Both the position numbers and the translations under genes were made by a program. Below, piece after piece: positions 18,961 through 47,894 of a stretch of DNA of 64,000 bases. Source of the DNA: the human T2T-CHM13v2.0 reference genome, Homo sapiens. Position 1 is the first letter of the stretch, and each line of letters starts with the position of its first letter. Location: NCBI RefSeq assembly GCF_009914755.1, contig NC_060930.1. One strand, given 5' to 3'. Under the pieces are notes generated by a model. It did no database searches and was not told the DNA's origin. It was given only the letters and a program-made list of their open reading frames with translations.

Positions 18961-19713
18961 TAAAGGTACAATGTATAAAATATCCTGCCACACATTAAAA
19001 TACATACATATACATACATATAAAATATGCATATATTACATAAAATTTATTTGGGTAGAGCTGGAAGACTGAGAGCCATGAATGGGAGAGGCTTTTCATG
19101 TTTTATTTTTATAAATATATGTAATAGAGGCAGGGTCTCACTATGTTGCCCAGGCTGGTCTTGAACTCCTGGGCTCCAGAGATCTCTCCCACCTTGGTCT
19201 CCCAAAGTACTAGGATGACAGGCGTGAGCCACTGCGCCAGCCACTTTTGTTCACATACCCTTTTATATCTTCTGAATTTGCTACAATGACATATATTACA
19301 TACTTTAAAACAAAAATTAAGTAAAATCAAAGAAAAGGTTGGCAACATAATGAGTGGATTGCTAGACTTAGCCTAATAATTGGCTCGGGTTTCACAGAAC
19401 TGGACTGTGAAACAAGGTCCAGTTTCCTTTCTGAATCTATCAGTCACCAACATAGCTGGTCTGGGATGCGTTTTCTTTGGAGGTCTTTGAAAACTACTAA
19501 AACCCAAAGTATCAAGATATATCCTGGTAATATTTTTGCAATTCTGGGAACATATATAACAAATTGCATCCCATTCCAGTATTAAAATAAGTATAGAAGC
19601 CAGATGCAGTGCTTCACACTTGTAATCCAAGCACTTTGGGAGGCTGAGGTGGGCAGATCACCTGAGGTCAGGGGTTCAAGACCAGCCTGGCCAATATGGT
19701 GAAACTTCATCTA

Positions 19714-19881
<168 letters not shown>

Positions 19882-20297
19882 TCAAAAATATATATATAAT
19901 ATAAAAAATATAGAGAGAGATAATAAAGAAACAAATTTGAAGTCATGGAATTCGCCTTTCTTAAACTGGTTTCAATGAAACTTATCTATTTTGTATTCAC
20001 TACAATCATAAGGAGACAACATAGCATAAGAGCCAAGATTCAAACCTCAACTTTTCCATTTACTGGATGAGTGACTTTAGATAAGTTTTTTAGTTTCTCT
20101 GTGTCTGAAATTCAAGGCAGTAATCAGAGAACCAATCTCATGGGCTTCTTTGAATATTGAAGAAGAGCACACATCCAAAACAGAAAGGACCTGGCACTTG
20201 AGCAAGCCCTCAAAGGTTAACAAATAAATTTTTAAGATATTCTAGCTACTTTTAAAAGTTTTTAGCATTTAAGAGAATATAATATATTGGATTTTGA

Positions 20298-20632
<335 letters not shown>

Positions 20633-21429
20633 TAAGTCTGTAAGTTTTGGGTTATTAGTTATGAAAGCAGGTACATATGCATTTAGTGTTTTTATTGCGG
20701 AAATGTTAATTAGTAGTCATAAATTAAGTAATCAGGGATTAAACAAAATGAGTATTCTTTATCTTCAACCAGAATGAATCTTTCCATATAGCTCCCTGAA
20801 TCCTCACCCTTCCTGCCTCCTGCTCCTACTTATACTCCTCCTTCTACCAGAAACTGCTCCCCTCCACCAGAGCTCTAAATCACAACCCCTCTGCTTTCAC
20901 TGGGGCTTGGAGGCTGCTACCTCTAGACTCTCCCTCCCACTGCATCAACTCTGCCCTCCCTCACCCGACACCCCGAGTAATTAAGCTCCCTCTTCCCCCA
21001 GCCTCTCCGTTCCCAGCTATTTCCCCATCCCAACAAAAATTACCCAGGTTTTCCCATCCAGGAGCATCAGTTCTGCTTACTAAAAACGTCCACTAAACAT
21101 ATTCCACATGCATCCCCATTTAAATTTTTCAACTCACTCCAACCTGGTTTCTGAGAATCTCACTCCTGCAACTGAACTGCTTGTGCTAAAGCTAGCAGTG
21201 AGCCCTGTGGTTCACAAACCAAGGAGCTATTTCATGCCCTCATCTGACTGGACTGCTGGACAGAATTCCCCAGAATAGATAATACCCTCCTTCTAGCTTG
21301 GGGTGGGGGTTGGTGCCCCGGGGCAGTGGGGGTGGGAGTTGAAGACTATTTAGAAAATTTTCACTTAGCTGGGCGTGGTGGCTCATGCCTGCAATCCCAA
21401 CACTTTGGGAGGCCGAGGCAGGCAGATCA

Positions 21430-21696
<267 letters not shown>

Positions 21697-21850
21697 CTAC
21701 CTTTTGAAAATGTTTTTCCTTTTACCCTGGAAAGAACACTGATCAACACTAAACTAATGTAAATTATTTATTATATAACCATTAGAGCAGCCGGGCAAGG
21801 TGGCTCATGCCTGTAATCCCAGCACCCAGGAGGCTGAGGCGGGTGGATCA

Positions 21851-22087
<237 letters not shown>

Positions 22088-22409
22088 TTAATTAAATAAA
22101 ATCATTAGAGCATTATTTAAAAGCTGGAGTTTGCAATTACTTAAACCATTACAGATTTAAGAACAATTGCCCACACACACATCCATTTCCCTGTCCTCAT
22201 CTTTCATGGCACAAACAGAACTGGGGTCTTGGCCTCTTGATCCCCAGGCCAGCAGGCTTTCCGCAAGCAACGCCGTCCCTGCCTGAGATTCCCTCAGGCC
22301 CCAGCCTTAAACGGAGTGCCCAGAGGCCCATGAAGAACCGTGCAACCGCCTGGCTCGTGCTCTGGCTAAAAAGAGAGCAGCTGATCATATGCATGCCTTG
22401 TGGAGATGA

Positions 22410-23830
<1,421 letters not shown>

Positions 23831-24099
23831 TCTCCTAGGGTATCTAAGTGACGGGGCAGACCCGCAAAAGAGATTTAGTGGAAGATGGCCCCCTAGAGGA
23901 GCTGGCCTGGGATTCCTGGGACTTCTAAACCTACAGTGCACAAATGTCCTAGATTTTCCACCTTTGGTTGCTTCTAGCCACAATCTTCCTTCCCAACCAC
24001 ATCTTGCCCTTTCTACTCACAAACCAGGAGGCACACCCAGGGTTTTTTTTAACATGGTGATTTGCAGAACTGTCCTAGGCCTTCAGACTAAGGAGCTGG

Positions 24100-25149
24100 A
24101 GTGATCCTGAAAGATCCCGGAAGCGAAACTCGCCTTTCCGGGCACCTGGGTGAAGGAAGCTTTTCCTACCAGGGCCCCTAAAGCCACTCACCTCGATTTC
24201 TGCGGATCCAAAGGTGGAAAGACACTGTCCCGATCAGGAGCATCGCAAGGGTCTGGAGAAAGGGCCATCCATAAATGAAGATCAGGACTCCGTATTCTGA
24301 GACTGTTTCAATCACAAATAAGACTCGGAACAGCCTCTGGAAGGCCGACAGCATTTCGCGTTTCTGGCCTGGGAAAGTAAGGGTGCGCTAAGGCACGAGT
24401 AGTACAGCTCCTCCCGCCACCGCAGAGCCCGCCGGCGGGAAGAGACCAGACACCGACGGAGAAGCGAAGTTCAGGACGCGAAGGAAAGGGCCACTTCGGG
24501 TCGGGGTCAACCCAGACTGGACCAATGCACAGTCTAGGTGGATTAACGCGCCACCGCGAGAAGTGGGCACGGGACCACATGCGGCTGGCAAGACGTCCCA
24601 GGGCTCAAGCTCCAGGCTCGGTCACCAAACAACGGTGATAACATCCACAACGCCACGTAAACCATCTTTGGGCCTTGATCGTTTTCCAATAACCGACTGA
24701 ACTGAGGGCGTGACCAAACGACAAGAACCGGAGGAGAGGACCCGGAGAACGGAGCAGCATCCCGCCGCCCGCCTCCAGGAAAGCCCGAGGCACTGCAGCA
24801 GGAGGGTCTGGGCTCCGCGCCTTAATTACACCGCCCTGGACCCGCCTCTTCCGCCGCTCGCTCCTCTGACCGGCACCCGAAGGTGCTGTCCCGCCCACGG
24901 ACTCGCTCACACTCCGTTTCTTCGATCCTTTAGACGACTTTTTACCGTTCAGGGATGCTCTCCGTTACCGCCTCTGCCATTTGGTTGCCCTCCCTGCGGT
25001 CCAAGGGCCTGGAACACTCCCCAGGGCTGCCAGGCCAGCGCTTTCCAGGGGCTCCAGCCTACAGCGCCGCCACCTGGGGCTGGAGCCAGAAACGCAGGGG
25101 CCGGGGGCTCACCGGCTGCCAAGTAGAGGGCGTCGAAAATGGGGCTGGG
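24100..25149 (-). promoter_or_regulatory. KHDC1: KHDC1 promoter / 5' UTR CpG island (proximal half)
   Basis: CpG-dense unique sequence with GC boxes (CCGCCC) around and upstream of the first coding exon. The exact TSS is not determinable from sequence. Confidence 0.8.
24192..24354 (-). CDS. KHDC1: KHDC1 first coding exon (long isoform, hydrophobic N-terminus)
   Basis: ATG at 24354 (cgcgaaATG) encodes MLSAFQRLFRVLFVIETVSEYGVLIFIYGWPFLQTLAMLLIGTVSFHLWIRRNR plus 1 nt, then a strong donor GAG|gtgagt. Matches my recalled KHDC1 N-terminus. Not in the supplied ORF track. Confidence 0.9.
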
Positions 25150-29238
<4,089 letters not shown>

Positions 29239-29960
29239 GAAAATGGGGCTGGGGTGTGGGCGGCAGAAAAATGGAACCCATGCATCCTCTGAGGAAGCCA
29301 GGATCCATCCTCAAAGCCCCGGAGCTCCCAGGCCGCCTCACCCTGCCTCCGGCTCCGCGCTCCCCCGCCCTTCTCGGGAACCTGCGAGCAGGCACTGGGC
29401 CCGGCGGCGGGACTCAGACCCATGTGGGCGACGCGCCTTCGCGGGCTGTCGGCTTAGCTCGTGACCCCCTAGGAGAAAACTGAGGCTCCCGGGACCAGAA
29501 CAGATGAGTTTGGAGAGGAGGGAACTTGAACTTGGGTCCAATGCTCGATGGCTCCAAGGTCCGCGCCGTCCCTACCATAGCAGATTCACCGTTCGAGCGT
29601 TCCATTTTACACACACGAATCCGCGCGGGGCAGGAGGAACAGAGCGCAGATACGCGGCGGCAGCGGCTTCGCTGGGCACTGGAAGGCCGGTGGGCTCCTC
29701 CCGGGCCACCCTCTCCCCGCCCAGCACACTCAGGCGCCCGCCTCTGCTCTGCGCCTCGGCTGCTCCAGGTGCTGGTGCCAATGTATAGCCTAGGCCTCTC
29801 TCGCTTCTCCGACCCCTGGTGTTGGGTGTCCCCTGGCGATCGCGGGAACCCTCAGAGCAGCGGAATGGGATCTGTGCGGGACGGAGCGCGAGCCCCAATC
29901 CCTGTGGCTTTAAAACTCCCCGGCGCTTAGGTTATTCGATGCCCACCAGCCTTACCGATT
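29239..29960. promoter_or_regulatory. CpG island, distal half (displaced 4.1 kb by the L1 insertion)
   Basis: CpG-dense unique sequence starting exactly at the right TSD. Confidence 0.75.
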
Positions 29961-30764
29961 TAGGTAAAGGAGTAAATAAATTGGCACCTGTAAGACAAGA
30001 GTCTCAACTACAGATAGTGGCAGGACACTGCAGCTCCTGACTTACAGCCCTGAATTTGGATGGCTCCTTCACAATTCGCCAGAGCTGCTAGGAGGAGCGG
30101 GGACGTGGGAACAGATAGGGAGGTAGTATGTGGAAGAGTAAGTGCCAGGAGGACCTTGGTTAGAGCCCTGACTTGGCCATTTACAAGTTGTGTGATCTTG
30201 GACAATTTACTTTTGTGAGCCTGGGTGTTCCAACTTGAAAAGGAATATAATTATTTTTTCCTTGCAACAATGGAGGTGGGGAGGTAGTATTTGAGTGCTA
30301 CTAGGCATAAACTAGTATGGGCATTTTGCATGTTAGGGTTTCACTGGAAATGCCTCCTTTCTGACTGCCCCCTATACACGCACACACACACAATCTATTC
30401 TGTTCCCTCAATGGTGAGTAAGGAAGGATAGAGGAAGCCTCTTTCCTCTTAGTGTACCTTCCTTGCCACCTTGCATTTACAATAGCTACTTCTAGGCACT
30501 GAACCATATTTTTAAAGACTCTTCTCCTCTCACTGTTGCTTGATGTTACATGGATTAATAGGTATAGGATCCAAGGTTCAGGGCAGTCAGAGAGTTTTAT
30601 AGACATATTTTTTTTCAGTTATTTCAAGGTCAGACACTAACCCTAAGGCAACATAAGGCATACTAATTAGAGCAAGGAATTTACCCCGAGATCCATGCTA
30701 GCTTCATGAACTCTATGCTTGTTCGTTAAATATGCATATATAGCTTTCAGCATACTATCTAAGG

Positions 30765-30972
30765 CAGTGCTGTTCAATAGACGTTCCTGCAGTGATGGAG
30801 ATATATATAAAATTGTGTTGTTCAATATGGTAGCCACTAGCCACATGTGGCTGTTGAGCTCCTGAAATGTGGCTGGTGCTATGAGAAATTGAATTTTTAA
30901 TTTTATTTAATTTTAAGTAAGTTAAATTTAAATTGCCAAATATGACTAGTAACTAATGTATTGGACAGTGTA
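30765..30972 (+). mobile_element. MER3 (hAT-Charlie)
   Basis: CAATATGGTAGCCACTAGCCACATGTGGCTGTTGAGC..TGAAATGTGGCT with degenerate terminal inverted repeats. Confidence 0.8.
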
Positions 30973-32533
30973 ACTCCAAAGAATTCATTACCTTCCTTAT
31001 CTCCCCAAAAATAGTAAGCACAGATTTAAAACTTAGCAAATTTTGTCATAAACCTTGAATAGACAACCAAAAGCCAAATAAAATATTAAATTGAAACTGG
31101 AATCCTTTCAATATTACTCCCTACTGAATGAATTGTGGACCCAGCTTTGCAAAAGAATAACAAGAAGAAAAGCTAAGATGAGGGGAGATGGTGTTCGAAA
31201 TGATGATTGGGTCTGGGCACAGTGGCTCACACCTGTAATCCCAGCACTTTGGGAAGCAAAGGTGGAGGCGGGCAGATGGTTTGAGCCCAGGAGTTCGAGA
31301 CCAACCTGGGCAACATGACGAAACCCCGTCTCTACAAAAAAAATTTAAAATTTTTTTTAAAAATTAGTTGAGCATGGTGGCATATGATTTTGGTCCCAAC
31401 TATGAGGGAGGCTGAGACAGGAGGATCGCTTGAGCCAGGGAGCTCAAGGCTTCAGTGAGCTGAGATCATGCCACTGAACTCCAGCCTGGGTGACAGAGTG
31501 AGGCCCTATCCCCCCCAAAAAAAAAAAAAAAAAAAAATGAGGACTGGGGAGGTACTTGCTAGCTTTTTCTTTTGTTATGCATGTTACAAAGGTCCACAAA
31601 ATGGCTTACAATTACAAAGGTCTCTTTTTCTTTTATATTACTCATCTGTAAGCTGTCTTTACTCTTGTACCCAGTGAATGTAGCAGCCCCATCTAGGACA
31701 TGCCAGTCTTATGGCAGAGGAGAAGACATACACTTCTGTGATATGAAGCTTGGTTATGTAACAAATGGAGAGAGAAGTATATATACTTCTTCCTCAAAGA
31801 GGGGGAACGAAAGAAGAATTAAAGAAAACAGCCTGCATGTCCATCATAGAAAATGAGTTAAATAGAGCCATACAATATACTAGAGAGCAACTAAAAAATG
31901 AACTAAAACTGTGATACATCCATATGATATAATATTACTCAGCAATGAAAAGAATTAAGCTATCAAGCCAAAGAAAGGCATGGAGGAACCTATATTGCTA
32001 AGTGGAAAAAGCCAGTCTGTAAAGGTAACATACTGTATGATTCCAACAATATAACATTCTGGAAAAGGCAAAAATATTAGGTTGATGCAAAAGTACTTTA
32101 TACAACCTAATATAAGTGATAGTAAAAACATCAGTGGTTGCTAGTGGCTTGGGGAAAAGGGGAAGGATGAATAGGTGAAGTGCAAGATTTTTTAGGGCAG
32201 TGAAATTATTCTGTATCATATTATTAATGGTGGCTACATGACATTATGCATTTATCAAACTATAGAACTTTATAACACAAAAAGTGGACCTCAATGTATG
32301 CATATTAAAAAGAAATCATTTAGGAGGTTGGGAGAACCCAGACAAGAATTCAGACTCTGGCCAGGCACAGTGGCTCACGCCTGTAATCCCAGCACTTTGG
32401 GAGGCTAAGGCAGGCAGATCCTGAGGTCAGGAAATCGAGACCATCCTGGCTAACACAGCGAAACCCTGTCTCTACTAAAAATCCAAAAAATTATCTGGGC
32501 ATGGTAGCAGTCGCCTGTATTCCCAGCTACTCA

Positions 32534-32683
<150 letters not shown>

Positions 32684-32774
32684 TTATAGTTACGTTAAAC
32701 AACACCCTTAAAGGGGCAGGGTGAAAGTGCTGACATAAGTAACTTTGGAAGTGAATGGAGTTGGTAAGACTATA

Positions 32775-32777
<3 letters not shown>

Positions 32778-32824
<47 letters not shown>
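32778..32824 (+). repeat. Pure (A)47 tract
   Basis: Counted directly; not attached to an Alu or L1 3' end. Confidence 0.95.
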
Positions 32825-32828
<4 letters not shown>

Positions 32829-32871
32829 CACGTAAGAACTGTACTCTAGTTGATAAAGTTAAATCCTGATA

Positions 32872-33885
<1,014 letters not shown>

Positions 33886-34099
33886 CTGCTATACAAAAAT
33901 ACTGCAATTGAATAATTAAGTAAATGGTTGGTGGATGGTGGGAGCCAGGTTTCTCACTGTTGGATTGGGAATTTACAGATAAGCAATGATCTATGATCTA
34001 TACCACATAGAATGATATATGTGGTCATGGATTAGAGTTGGAGATATCAGTAAGAAATCATTTTTAATTTAATAACACAGTGAAACACTGTCTCTGCTA

Positions 34100-34586
<487 letters not shown>

Positions 34587-34625
34587 TAGCAACAAGCACA
34601 CCTAATACTCAGATTTTGGTTTCTA

Positions 34626-35465
<840 letters not shown>

Positions 35466-36070
35466 TGAATATCAACGATCTGAGAATGAAAGTGCATTTT
35501 TAAAAAAGAATATCCACGAGTTCATATCAGTATAAATAAATCCACAAATTAATATATGAAGAAAAGATGAATCTCCTGTGCAGAAAAATCTTAAGTAAAT
35601 AAGTAGATACTTCATCCTAAGAGAGGAAGAGCATAACTCCTCACTCCTTAAGTGTAGGCAGTGCCTGTTGATTTTCTTCAAAAGAATACAGAATGGAGAA
35701 GGGGTGGGGAAGAGTAACTTTACAGTGGAGAATCCTGACAAACGCTACCTTAGCCAGGTGATCAATGTGAACAGTCATACAACATGCTGATAGTGTGCAC
35801 CCTTGATATGATGTGATGAAAATGGTACTTTAGGCCAGGCGCAGTGACTCACGCCTGTAATCTTAGCACTTTGCGAAACTGAGACGGGCAGATTGCTTGA
35901 GGCCAGGAGTTTGAGACCATCTTGGCCAACATGGTAAAACCACATCTCTACCAAAAATACAAGAATTAGCCCAGTTGGCCGGGCGCAGTGCCTCACGCCT
36001 GTAATCCCAGCCCTTTGGGAGGCCGAGGCGGGCGGATCACGAGGTCAGGAGATCGAGACAATCCTGGCTA

Positions 36071-36376
<306 letters not shown>

Positions 36377-36471
36377 TCATGCCACTGCACTCCAGCCTGG
36401 GTGACACAGCAAGACTCTCAAAAAAAGAAAAACAGTACTTTATCTCTGTGATCTTCCTCTCCAAAAATCTA

Positions 36472-36859
<388 letters not shown>

Positions 36860-37290
36860 TTAATTGTAAGAAATGTATTTGTTAACTATGTATATGATAC
36901 ACTTAATAATATGGGATGTTATTAGGCCAGGCGTGGTGGCTCCTGCCTGTAATCCCAGCACTTTGGGAGGCCAAGGCGGGCAGATCATGAGGTCAGGAGT
37001 TCAAGACCAGCCTGGCCAACATAGTGAAACCCCGTCTCTACTAAAAATACAAAAATTAGCCAGGTGTGGTGGCATGCGCCTGTAGAACCAGCTACTCAGG
37101 AGGCTGAGGTGGGAGAATCACTTGAACCCGGGAGACGAAGGTTGTAGTGAGTGGAGATCACACCATTGCACTCCAGCCTGGGTGACAAAAAAAAATAAAT
37201 AAATAATATGGGATGTCATTAACAGGGGAAACTGGGATTATGTAGTATGGAATGGTACTATCTGCTCAATTTTTTTTTTAATTTAAAACT

Positions 37291-38800
<1,510 letters not shown>

Positions 38801-38869
38801 AAGAACTTCTAAAACCTAAAATCTATTAATAAAAATTGAATAATTATAAAATACTTACAAATGAAATTA

Positions 38870-38983
<114 letters not shown>

Positions 38984-40007
38984 TCACCTCTATAAAAACA
39001 ATAATAATAATAAATTTAATTTTAATTTTTAAAAAATGATGTGATGTCTAGAATTTGCTTCAATCTGGATATGGGAAATATGATAAAAACAAGATTATTG
39101 ATAACAGGTGAAGCTAGATAATAGGTAAATTAAGTTCATTACACTGGTCCCTCTATCTTTGTCTGAAATATTTTGTTATAGAAAGTAAAAAAAAAATAAT
39201 TAATTTTTTTTAAAAAAAGAATGAGTTCTGCCGGGCGCGGTGGCTCACTCCTGTAATCCCAGCACTTTGGGAAGCCAAGGCAGGCGGATCATGAGATCAG
39301 GAGATCAAGACCATCCTGGCTAACACAGCGAAACCTCATCTCTACTAAAAATACAAAAAAATTAGCTGGGCATGGTGGCGGGCACCTGTAGTCCCAGCTA
39401 CTTGGGAGGCTGAGGCAGGAGAATGGTGTGAACCCAGGAGGTGGAGCTTGCAGTGAGCCAAGATTGCCACTGCACTCCAGCCTGGGCGACAGAGCAAGAC
39501 TCCATATCAAAAAAAAAAAAAAAAAAAAGAATGAGTTCAAATTCTATAGCCAGATACGGAAAGGAAAAAAGCTTGAGAGTAGGTTAAGAAGGGGTATTTT
39601 ACTTGTCATCTTATATCCTTCTCTACTGTGTGTGTATTAAAAAATACAGCATTAAGCCTGGGCACCGTGGCTCATGCCTATAATCCAAGCATTTTGGGAG
39701 GCCAGGGTGGGTGGATTACCTGAGATCAGGAGTTTGAGGCCAGCCTGGCCAACATGATGAAACCCCATCTCTACTAAAAATAAAAAAATTAGCCGGGCAT
39801 GGTGGTGGGCACCTGTAATCCCACTTACCCAGGAGGTTGAGGCAGGAGAATTGCTTGAACTGGGAGGCAGAGTTTGCAGTAAACTGAGATCGCGCCATTG
39901 CACTCCAGCCTGGGTGACAGAGCAAGACTTCGTCTCAAAAAAAAAAAAAAAATAGAAATCTTGGAATACATTTTAATAACAGAAAAAGCTCAACAGATAT
40001 GCATTTA

Positions 40008-40385
<378 letters not shown>

Positions 40386-41596
40386 TTATCATTGCTAGTT
40401 GTTGATATTGTTCTCTTCTTGCTTCACCTTTGTCTGCAATTACTCAAACTGCTGTGATAGCTGCTCCTCTTCTACAGAGCTGGAGTTCCGCATGGCTGGG
40501 GTTCAGTGTGCCAGGAAGCCCTTGGACCAATCAGACTCAGCAAGCTGACTCATGGCTGTTCTTCCTACATATGAGAAAAAATGTGACAATTCTTCCTATA
40601 TATGAGAATAATAGTTTGATAAATGACAACTAGGAGAGCACGGCACTCAAGTATTGAGCCATTCCCTTCCAAAAAAGAACTTCTACAACTTACAATCCAC
40701 AGGGTAGAGGGTAGGAGAAATGAGGAAATTAAATGTTCTTCAAAATCTTTATCTTCTGGCCAGGTGCAGTGGCTCACGCCTGTAATCCCAGCACTTTGGG
40801 AGGCCAAGGCAGGCAAATCATGGGGTCAGGAGTTCAAGACCAGCCTGACCAACATGGTGAAACCCCGTCTCTACTAAAAATACAAAAATTAGCAGGGAAT
40901 GGTGATGCACACCTGTAATCCCAGCTACTCAGGAGGCTGAGGCAGGAGAATCACTTGAACCCGGGAGGCGGAGGTTGCAGAGAGCCAAGATCATGCCTCT
41001 GCACTCCAGCCTGGGTGACAGAGCAAGACTCCATCTCAAAATAAAATAAAATAAAACAAAACAAAATAAAATAAGGATGCAATCAATCAGTTTAGGCCCT
41101 GGTAAAGAAAATGAAGTGTTCTTGACTTTGGCTACAAAGTACCTTAAAGGATCTTAGACCAACTGCAGAAGGAGGCTGACTGTACCCAGACTCCCACAGT
41201 TAATGAAGTTTGTCCTTATGTAAATGATGGTTATTATGCTGAAAGATGATTGGTAAATGAACTTGGAAGTTCTTCCCTTTTCTCTTTTCCTTTTATGTAT
41301 TTGATGATCTCTGGAGGAGTTTATGATGAAGACTGCTCTGAAAAAGTGTCCTAAAAATTCTAAGACAAAGGCTTCTTTGCCTCCTAAATAAGACACTGAA
41401 AAACAGCAAGCTTAAGAATCACCATAAATAAGATTCTAGCTCTACCTAGTGGCCAAAAATGGGATTAACCCCCTGAAATGAGGAATTTTACCAAATTTGC
41501 AAAAATGTGAGAGATCTTAACAGAAAATAGGGAGATAGAGGGGGACCCAAATGTTGTTAAAAGGACAGGCACTAGGTTAAAATACGTATGTATGGT

Positions 41597-45700
<4,104 letters not shown>

Positions 45701-45926
45701 AAAACAAAAAACAACAACAAAAAAACCCTGTGGTCAGATGTTCAATCTTTGGCCGGGAGTGGTGATTCACACCTGTAATCCCAACACTTTGGGAGGCTGA
45801 GGCAGGGGGATCACTTGAGGCCAGGAATTCAAGACCAGCCTGACTAACATGGCAAAACTTCATCTCTACTAAAAATACAAAAAAAAAAAAAATTAGCTGG
45901 GCATGGTGGCACACGCCTCCCAGCTA

Positions 45927-46034
<108 letters not shown>

Positions 46035-46548
46035 TCATAAAAATAAAAATAAAATAAAAAATTAGTCAAGTGAGATGGCATGTACCTACAGTTCCAGCTA
46101 ATTGGGAGGTAGAGGCAAGAGAATCTCTTCTGCTCAGGAGTTCAAAGCTATAGTGAGCTATGACTGTGCCACTGCACGCCAGCCTGGGTGACAGAGTAAG
46201 ACCCCATCTTGAGAAAGAAGAAAGAAAAGAAAAAGATGACCAAAAAGAATTGGCTGATTATCTCTCTACCATGGACTTAGTCCCTAACTAAAAATGAAGA
46301 AAGTTGGCTATTTACAACATGTAGAAAAACACATCAACAGAAACAATCCTTCATAGCAAACCCATGAAAATAAGAGGATATGGAATGGAAGGAAAACTTC
46401 ATAGTTAAGGTTGGCAGGTAAAATATAAGATGCTCAGTTAAATTGTATAAGTATCTCCCAAATACCTAATATTTAAGGATTTCTTTTCAACAATTGACAT
46501 CACAAAGTTAACAAATGGGTGACAGATTTGAAGAAGATACTTGTAATA

Positions 46549-46554
46549 CACACA

Positions 46555-46588
<34 letters not shown>
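46549..46588. repeat. (CA)n microsatellite
   Basis: Direct inspection; other CA/TG runs at 47041-47067 and 51971-51996. Confidence 0.9.
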
Positions 46589-46589
<1 letters not shown>

Positions 46590-46736
46590 CTAAACTAAAA
46601 GACATTGATATGTAAACCATGGAAGGAATCCTTGCAAATAAACAAAAACAGGATCTGGATCCCCATAAAATAATGGCCAAAGAACATGATTAGGTAATTC
46701 ACAGAAAGGGAAAATAAATGACTTACAAGTATATCA

Positions 46737-47021
<285 letters not shown>

Positions 47022-47022
47022 C

Positions 47023-47056
<34 letters not shown>

Positions 47057-47894
47057 ACACACACACAAATCTATTTTTTAAAAAATGATAGTAGGTAAGA
47101 CAAGCTTCAGCCCATTGCCCACCTTGTGGGTATAAAAGGGAAGCTTGATCACTGGTAGAGATTTGATAAAGACAAGTGTAGAGAGCTTCAGAAGTACCAC
47201 TCAGAGAGCTTGCCCTGTGTCCTCTAGAATTTGGGAATGGGGAGGCTGGTAACTGACCCATGCCTAACTAGTCCTAAGGCAAGAGGCTGGCCAGCTACCC
47301 TAGCTCCCACAAGCAAGAAGTGTCTTCAGTGAGAAGAGGTTACACGTCCATGAAAAGAGGAGCAAAGGCAGCTGCTTCCTGTGGACCAGATTGGAGCCAT
47401 CGTTTGTTGTCTTGAAAAGGACACCAGCAAGATGGCCCAGGCCAGCAGAGTGGATGTGGTGGAAGCACAAAGCAGGCAAGAAGAAAAAGAGCAAGGATTC
47501 AGTTCAAGAGATAAAGTGAGTGCTTTTGAGAGAAATCATGTTATGTGCCAGGCTGCAAAAATGATTAGACAGGGTTCCTGTCTCTGTGCTTTCCAGCCAT
47601 TGGAAGGTAAGTGGGTATTTAAATAATTTCAATATAGCGTGATGCTGAGGAGGTTAGATTTTATCCTGTAAGGCTCGGATGTCAGTGCCACTGAATGATT
47701 TAAGGGGATTTCACAATCAGATTTGGTGGCAATGTGAAATAGAGTTATGATGGGGCTAAATATGGAGGCAGAGAAAACAGTTAGATCAAAACATCAATTG
47801 CTGAATTCAAAATGAGTGTTAAGAGCCTGACCTAAGAAAGTGGTAGTAGATACGGAAAAGAAAAGGCAACGCAAGAAAAATCTGTGCAAGAGCC

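Noticed and set aside
29243-30040. Overlapping ORFs in the distal CpG island
   Set aside because: Expected from stop-poor GC-rich DNA; no domain similarity.
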